A stretch of 64,000 nt of DNA from Takakia lepidozioides. Its lineage: Eukaryota; Plantae; Bryophyta. A program made the position numbers and the translations under genes. Under the pieces are notes generated by a model, which was given only the letters and a program-made list of their open reading frames with translations, was not told the origin of the DNA and did not search any database. The stretch is from assembly GCA_030704615.1 (NCBI GenBank), contig CM060731.1, positions 65,162,001 through 65,226,000 on the forward strand. The letters are read 5' to 3'. Positions 12,558-25,856 of this stretch are shown here, piece after piece (position 1 is the stretch's first letter; each line of letters starts with the position of its first letter).

Positions 12558-13352
12558 CTAGATTTGTAACATAGCACGAACTAGATAGGAACGCAAGTTT
12601 CGTGCCCTCTTTCAACATACATAGGTCTGTCAAAGGACGCTAACTGCGGAACTTTCAAAAAGCCCGCATGAAGTTTAGGGTTTAGGACTCCCTCAAAGCT
12701 TAGAGCTTGAGTATAACGCGAATGCTCAAGTTTCAGAACCAAGGGGGCCCGCTTGCCCGTCAACTTACGAGTGGACTCTGAAGTCAACAGTGTAGCAGGT
12801 TGTGTATAGTCGCAAAGCACAAAACACTCCAAGATAAAAGACTTTGGATAGCCTCGAGCACGCAGTCGCTCATAGAACAGTTGCCTGATCTCAGAAAAAC
12901 CTGCCCGTGTGCTCTCCCTCAAAGTGTAACGTCGTAATTCGCCAATGATGAATGCTCGTTTTTGGTGACGTGGATGACACGAGGTCTATGGCAAATACTG
13001 GTATCTGTTGAGTGTCTTTTGATGACATCTCGAAGATAAAATCCCATGGTTGACAAAATCAACTCCCTTGAAGAACTGAATATCAAGTATTCCAACCGTA
13101 GACTCAGAGATTACCCTTTGAATCCGAATTGTGGGACTAAGAGAGTTGTATCCATCGAGCCAAGCCTCCAAACTTGCCCGAGATCCTGCCCAAATTCCAA
13201 ATCCATCATCGATGTATCTCTTGTAGTATAGAGGCCACATGCCTCCTCCAGCACCAGCCAACTCTCTTTCTAAGTTGCAAAGAAAGAGACAAGCATAAAC
13301 AACAGCAAAGTTGCTACCCATTGCCGTGCCTCGGATCTGATGCCAATAGCTC
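12558..13352 (-). mobile_element. Penelope-like RT 3' half (copy P2), 5'-truncated
   Basis: GTAMGSNFAVVYA, YKRYIDDGF. Closely similar to P1 and ends SYLVRAMLQI*. Confidence 0.88.
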
Positions 13353-13373
13353 TAGGGTTTAGGGTTTAGGGTT
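13353..13373 (+). repeat. Telomeric repeats capping the 5' truncation of P2
   Basis: tagggtttagggtttagggtt directly abuts the truncated RT sequence. Confidence 0.85.
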
Positions 13374-13870
13374 CACATAAAGCGTCAAAACAAGTGTAGC
13401 AGTACAACGCGGATGCACTGGGTGCAAGATAAACACGATCTGGGCAAACAAGTTTTAGGGGGGTCCAGTTATGCGCCCCTGGAAAAATTTCAGATCATGT
13501 GAATCAAACCTGAAAGGAGAGATCCTGAGAGACAGGAAACTAGAATAGAAGTATGCGAGGTGTCCTGAAATGCAACTGCAAACCTATGCAAGAGGCAAAT
13601 GTGCGTATGAGAACTATTTCACTGGATGCACAGGAGAATAAGAACCCTATCTCTGTTTTGCAAGAGAATGGACACACTAGGAATAACTTAGATGCAGATC
13701 TCACATGCACTACTCGAGAGGGAGTTTATGGCATGTCGTATAGACACAGAGCACATAACAATGCAATGATCTAAAGCAGGGGATACAAACGCATCTAAAA
13801 TTCGACAACTTCAAAGGGTGAGACCACGAGGCAAGATCATGCAAAGTAGTGAAGCCAAATCTTTATAGAC

Positions 13871-13910
13871 CCCAGACTAGTTTTGCTCAGCGCGTGAGCT
13901 CATCAGTGGG
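13871..13910 (-). ncRNA. Minimal type-I hammerhead ribozyme motif (copy 2, core mutated)
   Basis: Minus strand CCCA-CUGAUGA-GCUCA-CGCGC-UGAGC-AAAA-CUAG-UC/UGGG. Stem II is perfect and the GUC site is present, but GAAA is changed to AAAA. Confidence 0.75.
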
Positions 13911-13959
13911 AAAGAAAAGGAATGAGATACAAACCCCACCCCCCGCTTATATACTACTA

Positions 13960-15310
13960 GGAGTGAACTGCCTACAGACTCAAGTGGATGACTTGAGTTC
14001 AAACATTGACAAACGACTTTTGATTCTCGAAGAACACCTGATGGATACTTATTTGCAAGCCAGAGCTCTCATTTTTCAGTCTTCTTCACAGGGTGTGCAG
14101 AAGACACCAGTGGTGGAAGGGCCAGTGGTACCAGTGTCACAGGAGATGGCTGTGCAGGTGAATGAACCTATTGTTACAACAATCACACAGCCTGAGGTAT
14201 GGGGAAATGCGGCTTTCAACCCACCAAAGACTCCTGTTGCACTTGAATACAATCGAGCTATGATCATGACATTCAATGAAATTCCCAATGTCTTGGATTT
14301 GGTCTAGAAAGAATTTGGTCCTCCGCAATCGTTTGCACATTACTACCAAATAATGCGCATTTGGTTACCAGTGGCAACTCGGACTAAGGTTCTTTCAGAT
14401 CATCAACCCATTGAAGATCATCATTTTGCGAGGTACTGGTCCGAGGCAGGCACCCTGTTGAAGGAATTAATTGCCTTCCAAGTTGTCCACGGACACATTT
14501 ACACCAAGACCAAGGAGGTAGCTAGTTTGGTCATGGGCTGTGGAGTATATTATACTGCTTGTTTCATTGCACGTTATCACATTGAGCAGCAAAAGATGCA
14601 GTCCAGATTTCTGAGTTATTCCAGTGGAGATCATTGAATCTTACCTTCAGTGCCACATCATATGTATTTATATGATGTAAAAACCATGTTGCAAAATGAT
14701 TCGCAACTTCGTTCATGGTTTAACCTGGCTTGGAACAACCTGACCAAAGAAAAATTGGGCATGGACGATATTTTTTCTAAGCAGCAAGCAGCCTGGAAAT
14801 GCATACACTGTTCCAAAGTCACTGGAACGCCTCTCATCTATACAGACAAGGAGTTGCTGCAGTTCACTAGCGTTGCTTGCAGGAGCTTACAACAGGTCAT
14901 AAAGTTTAAACTTCCAGACATGGTTGGACAGCACTGTATGCCAACCATGATTCTTGAGAAACCAAAGAAGGTCAGAAAACCAAAAAACCGCAGGACTGAT
15001 GAGGATTCAGATACTACAATAGACTCTTCAGAGAACTCTTTTGACATGGCGGAGGATTATGAAATGGCAAAGGAAGACAAAAGACGACGGGGATCTCCTA
15101 TGCCTGAGCCGTTACCTCCTTCTCAACCAAAGGAGAAGAGATCAATGACAGGTAGTGCTCCATCATCTCCATCAGTCAGTCACAGACCTCGAGGACGCAC
15201 ACAGAGCCCTCCAAGGAAATATCAGGGACACAAGGGTGTTCGTTCATAAAGGGTTGCTAATCCCAAACAGTAAACCGTGAGGACATGGCTTTTTGAGAGG
15301 GGAAGGGGTA
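13960..15310 (+). mobile_element. Gypsy family A 3' end (A1): end of extension ORF and PPT
   Basis: Homologous to 62630-63140 and 43941-44881, with stop at 15249. The polypurine tract GAGAGGGGAAGGGG (15295-15308) precedes the LTR. Confidence 0.85.
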
Positions 15311-16261
15311 TGTTAGAGGACTGTCTGGGACTTAGACACTTTTACGGGTTCTATGGGGTACCCTTAATTTTTGCACAGACTAAGACCAGCAGGAGCCTTA
15401 GGGGTGAAAAGAGCAGGCTTTAAGGGGTTACATAGCCAATCACAGCCATACACAGCCCGACACAGCCATACACAGCCCGTCATAGCTTGACACAGTCGCA
15501 CAACCAGTCATAGCCATACACAGCCCGTCACAACTTGACACAGTCGCACAGTCAGTCACAGCTAGTCATAGCCCATCATAGCCGACACAGCCGACACAGT
15601 CAGTCACAGCCCGTCACAGCTTCACACAGCCAGTCACAGCTTGACACAGCTGTCACAGACATGGGGAACGGTTATCATGACAGGGAACGACTGTGGGGAA
15701 ACAACATCTGCAAAGGGAATATGTTAGTTCAGGGGTGACGGTTAGTAAAGAAAGCGGTTAGAACAGCTTGTAGGTACATAAACCCAGGAGCAGGGACTTT
15801 TAGGGGACTTCTGGGATTGGGACTTCTTCTATGAGGACTGGGAGGAGCGAGGGCTGGAGAGCACTTTTTGGAGACATCACTAGAGGCGGACAGAAGGGGT
15901 GGCAACATAGCTTGTACCAGCTGTAGGATTATATAGAAGGATAGATCAGAGATCATGGCATAGACACGTTACTTGGTGATACTCAATCTGATTATTATTC
16001 GATACCATTGCACTGTGTAGAGAGACTTGAGTGAAGCTATGGAATGAATGGAATCACATAGTTAAAGGAGCAATCTGATGCTTAGGATTGTTAACATGAA
16101 GACAAGAAGAAACATAAACTGGAAGCGCAACCATGATTCACTAGTTGCAGGTCATGACTGATTGTTCTGCCTGGGCTGAGTGTTTAGAGATATCCAACTC
16201 TTCTAACTTGGAGTTTCCCCCTCGGATAACGAAGGGATGGGTGAGTAAGAGCCGCGCGACA
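15311..16261 (+). mobile_element. LTR of Gypsy family A
   Basis: TGTTAG...GCGCGACA, preceded by a PPT and followed by a PBS. Confidence 0.85.
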
Positions 16262-16847
16262 TTTGGCGACCATACTGGGGAACTGGGTCATGAACAACCA
16301 GATGTGACAGGCATCTGGTGGGATCATGGTGGTTGGAGAATTAAAAAATTTGATGTGAATCAAATTCCCTGTGGAACTAAGAAGGAAAGATTGTCTAAAC
16401 AATTCTTTCAGAGGTTCTTGGAATTGCCGGACGGTTGTAAAGAAAATATTCTTAAGAGAGTGCATGATGCTGACCTGGAGTGGGGTCTGGAGAAAGGAGT
16501 GATAAAGATTTATCAGGTAGCTTGTAGAGGAAGAGCACGGTGGTTACCAACACTGGTTTATGTGATAGCCTTTCTATCTATTAAGAGAGTAGAGTTTGAA
16601 AGCTGGGAGGAAAGAAAGGTGAATGTTTATACTCATATGCACGAGGAGCTTGTACTGGTAAAGAATTGATTCCAAAGGATATTTTGTGGATCAAACTCAC
16701 ACCAAGAATAGCTTTTCAGACTTGTTTACCATATGGTTATATGGTAACGGAGACTTCTAGTATAGCCAGAGGTACATTGAAGCTTGAGAGAAACCGAGGC
16801 ATATACGAGAGATACTACAGAAGAGATAATTGGTGATTGCCACATTA
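16154..16847 (+). pseudogene. Extra 5' ORF (ORF0) of Gypsy family A, with two premature stops
   Basis: Colinear with the intact 231-aa ORF at 52533-53228. Confidence 0.7.
16264..16281 (+). promoter_or_regulatory. Primer binding site, tRNA-Arg-like
   Basis: TGGCGACCATACTGGGGA lies two nt after the LTR CA and is identical at 52643-52660. It resembles the TGGCGACTCCACTGGGGA PBS of Ogre/Tat-type elements. Confidence 0.7.
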
Positions 16848-16869
16848 AAAGAAATGAAGGACATGGGAC

Positions 16870-19800
16870 ATGAGTGATGAAAGAGAAGCTAGACTCCAAA
16901 GATATTCAGCAAAAAGAGAAAGTTATCTGAAAGCTAATTATCCATACCTTTGGGAGAGGAGAATAGACATTGGGGAGTCATCCGGACCTCTCACATCATC
17001 AAGATCAGGGAGTACATCACCCATACCGGAAGAACTAGAATTGGATACCTTCTTTTTCTTTGCAAGAAAGGTTAAGGGAATTGGCAGAGGAAGAAGATCA
17101 GCCACAAGGTAAAAAATCTGAGGTACATCCCTGGATAAAAGATTTGACAGAAATCTTTGATAAGAGTTGGCATGGAACACCAAAAGTAGGAACTCCAGTT
17201 TTTGAAACTGAAGATGATGTGGTAGAGCCAACGGAGAGTTCAAACTCTCCAACACCATTACAAGTTAGTTACATGAGTGAAGAAGAAGAAAACCAAGGGC
17301 AGAACTTGGAAGATGAAAACAGGGAGAAGAAATTAGAAGATGATGAGTATGAAGAAGTAGACCCAGCAGCTGAGGTTGAGACTACAACCAGGACATCCCA
17401 ACCCGTTGGACCTGGATCAAGTGGAGTACTTGGATCACAGGCCAACGAAGGTGTCGGCTCAGAGGGATGAGGCGGAAGACCTGGATCTGGCTCTGGGGGG
17501 ACAGGGAGTGTGGGAAGTAGTGCAACTGAGGCTGGGGATACTGTGAATATAGTGAGGCCAGGAGCAGGGAGTGCTCAGGGGCCAGCACTTGGTGGAAGAA
17601 CCACCACAACTACTACAGGTCCTCAAGGACCAGCATCAGCCAAAAGGCCAGCACCTGTCAGGGGGTAGGGTGTAGGGCCACAGATGGCGTTACAACCAAC
17701 ACGGGCAAAACCACCTTTTCCAATATATGCAGGAAAAGGGGATCCTGATGTACACATTAGCCAATTTGAACACATGTGTATAGTGAACAATGAGAATGGC
17801 GATGATGCCAAGATGAGACTGTTTCCTTGTTCACTCATAAAGAAAGCCAGTGAATGGTATGCAAGATTCCCTGATAATCATTTCCTAACCTGGAATGGCT
17901 TGAGTACAGCGTTCCGAAATAGGTTCAGGACCAGTAAAACTCAGGATGAAGTATATGGAAGTTTACAACAGTTAAAGCAAAAGAAGCATGAGACTGTTGA
18001 AGAGTATATGGAGAAGATGGAATTGATGATGAAAAAGCTGGTTGCTGTACCAGCGCCAGGATTACAGAAGGCCTGGTTTGTGAATGGACTAAGACCAGAG
18101 TTGCAAAAGAAAATGGACATGTTACCCCACAATACAGTGGAGGAGGCATTTGAAACAGCAAACAGAATTGAGCAATTGGGAATGCTCAGGAAGGAGAAAA
18201 GAGATGAAGATGACTCTAAGGATAAGTTTGATGAGGAAGAAGAGCTGGAGCAAAAGAGGAAGAGTAAAAGGAAGGAAAAGATGAAGAGGGATAATTGTGA
18301 AAAAAGATTAGAAGAAATCTTGAAAAAGTATGCCACAGAGGCTGCAACATATTGGAGGAAAGGTGTTTGGTGTGCAAAATGCCAGAATGAAGGCCACACC
18401 ACCACTGAATGCCACATGAAGGACAAACACTGTACTATCTGTAAAATGGATAACCATTCTACTGAGAATTGTTACTACAACAGAAGGACAGCAGCAAGAG
18501 AACCTAGGCAAGTGAGGGTGCATCAGCCCCAGCCAAGAAGAAACAATGATCAGGATCACTATGGTAGGCCTGATGGTTATAACAATGGCATGGAGAGGAG
18601 AGGTAATTCAAGAGCGAATTACCAGGGAAATTCCAGAGGCAACTAGCAAGGTAATCCAAGAGGGAATTACCAGCCAGGGAATCAGGATTACAGAAATAAT
18701 CCCAGAACAGACCAAGGGCGAGGACCTAATGGAGAAGAACTGTGTTATTATTGTAATCAGGCAGGACATCGCAAGGTGGCTTGTCCATTCTGGATCAGAC
18801 ACCAGAATGAGATGAGAGCTCCTGTGAATGAGGGGCCAGTGGTGGCAGCTCACATGGTTAGGCCATGTGTTGTACCAGAAGTAAGTACAATGATAGTAAC
18901 CAGAAGCAAAGCCAAATTAATACCTCCAGTAGAAGAAAAAGTTGATGATAATGAAGATGGCAGTGATGTGCCTGAAGATGATGAAGCTTGGAGAGATGAG
19001 AAATAACTGCACAAAGAAGTGGCAGATACCATAAGGGAAATGCAGAAGAGTACTGATATTCCTATGGTAGATTCCTCAGACTCTAAAAGAGAGGAGGAAG
19101 TGAGTGAGGAAGAATGAAGAAGGAAGCTGCAGAAGTGTAGAGTAAGGAAGGGACTTGGGCTGAAGTGATATGCCAGTCCAAAGTGGAGATTACCATTGGA
19201 CAGCTATTGGCTATGGCACCTTATTGTAGACACAGGCTGTACCAAGCAAGGGAACACAGACCTGAACAGCAAGGTGACCTGTTATAATGTGAATCCAGAA
19301 GGGCGAGAAACAATCATGGATTTTGATGATTCTATGCCAGTAATCCAATTGAGAATTGGAAGCACAGAACTAACTGATGTACTGATAGATGGAGGCTCTC
19401 GAGTGAACATCATGACAGACCAACTGAGCCAGAAGCTTGGTCTAAATAACATGAAACCAGCCCCATTTACAGTAACAATGGCAGATCAAAGGAGTGTTCA
19501 GCCATTGGGATTGATAAGAGGAGTTAAGATACAGACTCAAAAGATGATCTTTAAGATCACAGTAAATGGATGAAGTCATGGAAGCTTATTCCTTATTGCT
19601 GGGTCGACCATGGCTGAAACAGGCCAAGGTATCCCATGACTGGAATGCACAGTTACTAACTGTGCATGATGGGTTGCACAAGATACAAATCACCACTGAG
19701 AAATCTAAAAGATTATATGCTACGAGAAGACCACGAGGAGTCAGGGAGTATGACTGGAAAGAAGGACTGGATGAGGAGCAGGAAGCTACCTTGTTCGCTG

Positions 19801-22800
19801 CACACCCAGAGTGGGAGCAGGTTGCAGAGATGCAATTAGAAGGTCTCAGTTGTTTAAAAAGTATCTGCTGTAGTGTAGTGACAGCAACACCAAATGAAGC
19901 GGAAACAAGCAGTTACCCACCACATTTCTATGAAGAAAAAGAGGGAGAAATAGAAATCCTAGAAGAACCAGCCACTGTAAGTTTACAGGATGAGGTGGTG
20001 ACTGGTTGGACAATCACAGCTGATGAGCAGGTGAGAGAAGTAAATGTGGGGACTGAAGAGGAACCGAGGATGGTGAAGGTAGGGGCTGATTTGGAGCCAG
20101 AATTCTTTGAAGAAGCTAAGAGTCTGTTCATCAAATACAGAGATGTATTTGCTTGGAGCTATGAGGATCTGAAAGGGATACCACCTGAGATCTGTCAGCA
20201 TAAGATTGAATTGGAACCAGGGTCAATACCAATCAAACAAGCAAGATACAGAATGAATCCCAACTATGCACAAAAGGTTGGAGAAGAGATCAAGAAGTTG
20301 GCTGAGACTAAGTTTATATACCCGATAGAGTATACAACTTGGTTGTCACCCATTGTGATAGTTCCCAAGAAGAATGGTAAACTAAGAGTTTGTGTGAACT
20401 ACAAGAAGCTGAATGCTTGTACGAGGAAAGATCATTTCCCTTTGCCATTTACAGAAGCAGTATTGGACACTGTGGCAGGCCATGAGATGTACTCATTCAT
20501 GGATGGCTTCAATGGTTATAATCAAGTGCAAGTGGCAGAAGAGGACCAAGGAAAGACAACTTTCATCACAGACTGGGGTGCTTATGCATACAAAGTCATG
20601 CCTTTTGGACTTTGTAATGCACCAGCAACTTTTCAGAGAGTGATAAGTGAATCTTTTCAGGTGTATCTGGATGATTTCATGTAGGTGTTCTTTGATGATT
20701 TCAGTGTGTACAACTCTAAGAGTGAGCACTTGCATAAATTGGAGTAATGTTTGGCCAGATGCAGGATGAGAGGTCTGGGCCTGAATCCAGAGAAGTGTAC
20801 TTTTTGTGTGAACTCGAGGGTGCTTTTGGGACACATTGTGTGTAAGAAAGGACTTCTTGTGGATCCCAGAAAGATAGAGGCCATTAAGGCCTCTCCATCT
20901 CCAGTAAATGCTAAGAGTCTAAGGAGATTCCTGGGACAAACCAGCTATTACAGAAGATTTGTCAGACGGTATGCACAGATAGCAGCACCATTGAGCAAGC
21001 TTCTGAAGAAGGATGCAATGTTTACATGGACAGCTGAATGTCAACAGGCTTTTGAGGAACTTACATTGTCAATAACAACTACACCTGTGCTGATTAATCC
21101 TCACTGGCAGGAAATATTTCATGTTCATTGTGATGCCTCAGGAGAAGCGTTGGGAGCAGTGTTAGCCCAAAATGTTACAAGAAAGATAGATTCACCTGTG
21201 TACTATGCTAGCCGATTGATGAACAGTGCTGAAAGGAATTATAGCACAACGGAGAAAGAAGCATTGGCAATGATCTATGCAGTAAAGAAATTTAGGCATT
21301 ACTTGTTGGGAAGGAAATTTATGTTTTATGTGGATCACCAGGCTCTAAGTTATCTGGTGAACAAACCTATGATAAGTGGAAGGATAGCAAGATGGTTGAT
21401 AATCTTGCACGAGTTTGAGTTCGAGGTTGTTTACAAACCTGGGAGGCTGCATCTTGTGGCAGACCACTTGTCACGCTTATCCACAGGAGAGCCAGCCACA
21501 GGTATAGACGACCAATTGCTAGATGCGAGTCTATTTGCAGTGGAGGTGCAGGGAAGTGCAGATGACTGGTTAGATTGGTAGTGGCCAATCAGATACTACC
21601 TTACTCATGGTCAGTGCCCACCAAGTTATGGAAAAGAGCAAAGAAAGAGAATTGCTATCAAGGCTCTACCTTATACTATGGTAGGAAGCAGAATGTATAA
21701 GCTAGGACCTGATGGAGTGCTGAAATGATGCTTGTACCACCATGAAGTAAAGAAAGTTTTGGAGGAAGTTCATAAAGGAGTGGCAGGAGGCCATTTTGGA
21801 TAAGAGACTACCAGTAGGAAAGTACTACTTGCCGGTTACTGGTGGCCTACTCTGTTCAAGGATGTACACAAGTACTGTAAAACTTGTGATGAGTGTCAAA
21901 GGCTAGGACCATTGCAAAGATCTAGAAAGATGGCTTTGCATCCTACAATGCCTACTGAACCATTTCAGAAATGGGGACTGGACTTTGTTGGACCAATAAA
22001 CCCACCAGCCAAGAATACACAGAACAAGTATATAATCACAGCTACTGATTATACTACAAAGTGGGTGGAAGCTAAAGCTTTGAGGGACAACACAGCTAAG
22101 TCCACAGCTAGGTTCCTATATGAGAACATACTTACACGATTTGGCTGTCCCTTGGAATTTATCAGTGACCAAGGAAGTCACTTCATCAATGAGACCATAG
22201 AACTCTTGACTAAGGAGTTCATGATTGTGCATAGGAAGAGTACAACCTTTTACCCACAGGGTAATGGACAGGCAGAGGCTACCAACAAAATACTATGTAC
22301 TATCTTGGCTAAGATAGTCAATGCAAACAGAACGGATTGGGATACAAAGCTGCTGACAGCTTTGTGGTCATATAGGACTTCATATAAAGTCACCACTAAG
22401 TATACACCATTCCAATTGGTTTATGGTATGGAAGCTTTACTTCCAGTGGAGTTTTTGTTACCTACCATGAGAACTGAATGGGGGAGAAGAATGGAATTGG
22501 AAGATTCAATTAAGGTCAGTAAACATTAATTATACCATGTGGAAGAAGTACGTGCTGATGCAGCTGATAACATGACTAGAATACAGATGAAGAGAAAGGA
22601 TCAGTTTGATGACGGGAAAATAAAGACTTTCAAAGCGGGAGATTTGGTTCTGTGGTTGCAAAAAAAAGGGGAAGATTAAGGCTTCCAAGCTTAAATCGCC
22701 ATGGAAAGGACCTTATGTCATACAGAAGATGTATGATAACAACACCGCTATGTTACAAACCGTTAACAAAGAGATGCTGGGAAGAGTAAATGCCAATAAG

Positions 22801-25663
22801 TTAAAGGGATACAGTGGTATCCATGACAAACCTTTAAGGCACGATTTGCATATGGAAACACATGAACAGTCACGAACTGCCCCAGTAATACCAACGGAGC
22901 ATGAAGTACTTGTCATTAAACCAATTGTGTATGGTATGAGAAAAGAACACAGGTGTTCGACAGCCTACCACAGCCCAGCATGTCACACAGCCTATCACAG
23001 CCCATCATAGTGTGACACAGCCTATCACAGCCCATCACAGTGTGACACAGCCTACCACAGCCCAGCATGTCACACAGCCTATCACAGCCCATCACAGTGT
23101 GACACAGCCTACCACAACCCAGCATGTCACACAGCCTAGCACAGGGTCACACAGCCGAACACAGCCTATCAGGGTGACATAGCCTGTCACAGTCCAACAC
23201 AGCCTGCCAGGGGTACACAGCCCATAGGATCAGTGACAGGTGGACGCGGGATAACGTCCGGGAAATGGCCGGCGGAAGAAAGGACGGAAGCCAGTTTAGA
23301 AATGGACACGTGGAAGCCAGGGCGAGACACACAGTCGGGCATGAATTGCAAGGACAGGTGTCATCAAGAAAGAAGACAAAATTGGCCATCAAAGTACCTA
23401 CTCAGTACGTCAACCCAAATGAATTGTGGGCCCATTAAGGCATACGGAAAAAGGGTAACGGAACCCTTTGCAAGTACAGAAAAGCGAAATCTTCGTCACA
23501 CGTATTATCCTAGTGGACATTCCAGGGGGGAAAGTCCACTGAAAGAAATTAAATCCAAAAGCCAGTCACAGCAGCAACAGCCAATCATAAGCCAGAATTA
23601 CCTGCAGGGGGTATCTCCCAAGAAACAAGATCAAGAATTTGAAGGGATTCTGAGCGGAGTCGGCGTCGTTCCAAGTAACGGGCGTCTCGACGGGAGAGAC
23701 CATCAATGCTATAGTTTTGAAGCTATGGCGGAAATAACAGACTACACACTCGCCTTACTACTTACGCAGTGGCACAAGGACGGAAGAGCAGAGAGTACCT
23801 TTTCTCTAAATCGATACTTGCAAGCCCCACAGGCTTACAAGAGTTTACCCATATCATTCTGTGGCAACCATACTTTTATGCTTTGTGCCCTGCAGGCGTT
23901 TCTTCAGTTGTTTCTGTTTGTCTAGGATGAAGAGGGTGAGAGGAATGGAGGATATCAGGGTGAAGAGCACCACAATCTTGCAGAAGCAGACAATTGCTAC
24001 ACCACAGGCGGTGCAGCTACTAAGGGAGCTGCGATTAGAGGGATTGCAACGCAAGGATTGGACATTGCATCATAGGCAGTACATGCTGCAATTTTTGCAA
24101 AACTTTGAGCCTAAGACAGGAGTAACCAAGGTGAGGGGAGTAGAGATAGGAATTACTCCCCAATATCTACAGCAATTGTTTGAATTGCCATCAGGACCGG
24201 TACAGGTGGATGAACACAGGGCAAGATTGCAGATAGGGAACTTGTTCCAAGAAGGGAGTTTCTTTAAAACTCAGGGTTATGCTTGTACCAAGGCCGAGTA
24301 CCCATGGCTAAGAGAGGTAGGCCAAATACTGAACATTCTGTTTGCCATGAAACAGAACCAACAGTATTTGAGCAAATCCTTCACAGAGGAGATACTCAAA
24401 GCCCTGAGAGGAGAAGATGTGGCATGGGCAGAGATAATGTACAACGGTTTGGTAGATGAGATGAAAAGAATACAAGGCACTGTTGCTAAGTCTCTGATCA
24501 TAGTGTCTGGCCCAATCATTGCACAAATCATTCTGGACTCTTGCATACTTGATGCGAGGGAACGGAAAGAGATGGGTGTGTTTGAGACAGCAACCACTGC
24601 AATGGAAGAGCAAGGTTCTTCACATGGTGAGAAGGGATTGGCAGAGCAACAATAGCCTAAGAGGCAGAGAAAGGGGATCGTAGTAGGGGCAAAACCATTG
24701 GCTTCAAGACAGCCGCAAGAAGATGTTACCCAAACTCTTGTGTAGGAGGGGGCACAGCAGCACAGAGAGATGTGGTTACAAACAGCACAACCTGTGGAGA
24801 GAGAACATGAGGTTACGTCAGTAACACAGCTATCACAGTCAGATGATCGTGTTGTCTCAGAGTTACCTCAAGTAGTCCATGCTGCTCCACCACAACCTGT
24901 TGTTTTGGAGAAAGAAGGGTTAGATTTTCCCACTACAGAGCAGATTGTGGCAGAAATTGAGAAGGGTGACCTTCTCTATGAAAACTCTAGCTTGCTCAGG
25001 GAAAGAGTGGAAACAGAGGTGCAGAATCTGTCCAAAGAAATCCTTCCTGTGCAGGTTATACCCACACCTGGGACAGAGGTCCCCGAAGAAGAACATCAAG
25101 ACACAACAACACCTGTGGAAGATGAGGGGGTTGAGAAAGAGGATCTGGTAGAGCAATGGCCTGAGTGGTTTGTCAGGCATCATCCTCTGGAAGATGTGGG
25201 TGAACAGCAACAAGTTCACCATGATGACCCTCAGCAGGCTATGCTTATGAATTCCATAAGCAGAACCCTCAATTTGTTGGGAACTTATGTGAAGTCCCAT
25301 GTTCCATTAACTCAATTGGAAGCTTTGAAAGAGGAACTCAGGAAAGAGTTTGAAGCTCGGTTGGCCACTGAGTGTGTTAACAAAATTGATGTGGAAGTTT
25401 ATCTGAAGTTACAACATGAGTTAGGAGAAACAAATGTTGCTTTGCAATTGGCTAAAGAGCAATTGATTGAGGGGGGTCTAGAGCAAGACCAGATGCAGGA
25501 GACACATAGGCAACAATTATTCCAATTGCAAACCAAGCATGAGGAAGAGATGCAAGGAGTGAAGGTACAACATGCGGAATTGGAGACAGTGCATGAGAAG
25601 ATGGCAATACAATGTGCTACACTCACAACTATTATAGAGCAAACCACAACAGAAGCCAACGGT
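16870..25663 (+). mobile_element. Degenerate Gypsy A internal region (A2): gag-PR-RT-RNaseH-IN plus extension
   Basis: CCHC knuckles, LIDGGS protease, FMDGF..GYNQ and MPFGLCNAPATFQ RT, CDASG RNaseH, WGLDFVGP / SDQGSHF integrase. Many stops. Truncated at 25663 by a DNA-transposon end. Confidence 0.95.
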
Positions 25664-25690
25664 GGTTGCTATTTCATGAGCGGCATGAGC
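25664..25690 (+). mobile_element. Terminal inverted repeat of Mutator-like element (left end)
   Basis: GGTTGCTATTTCATGAGCGGCATGAGC matches the inverted end at 34594-34612 and the end at 44882. It lies where Gypsy homology stops. Confidence 0.75.
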
Positions 25691-25856
25691 AGACCATTGT
25701 GAGTCCACGGAAATAGGGTTAGGAGGCACGGAAATAGGGTCATGTGAAGTTGGAATGTGGCACCAGTGGACTTGAAATGCAACATTTTATTGCAAATTTT
25801 GTGGCAAGCCACGTCTATACAAGTGTGTTCTAACTGTCTTAGCCGGAATGGACACT

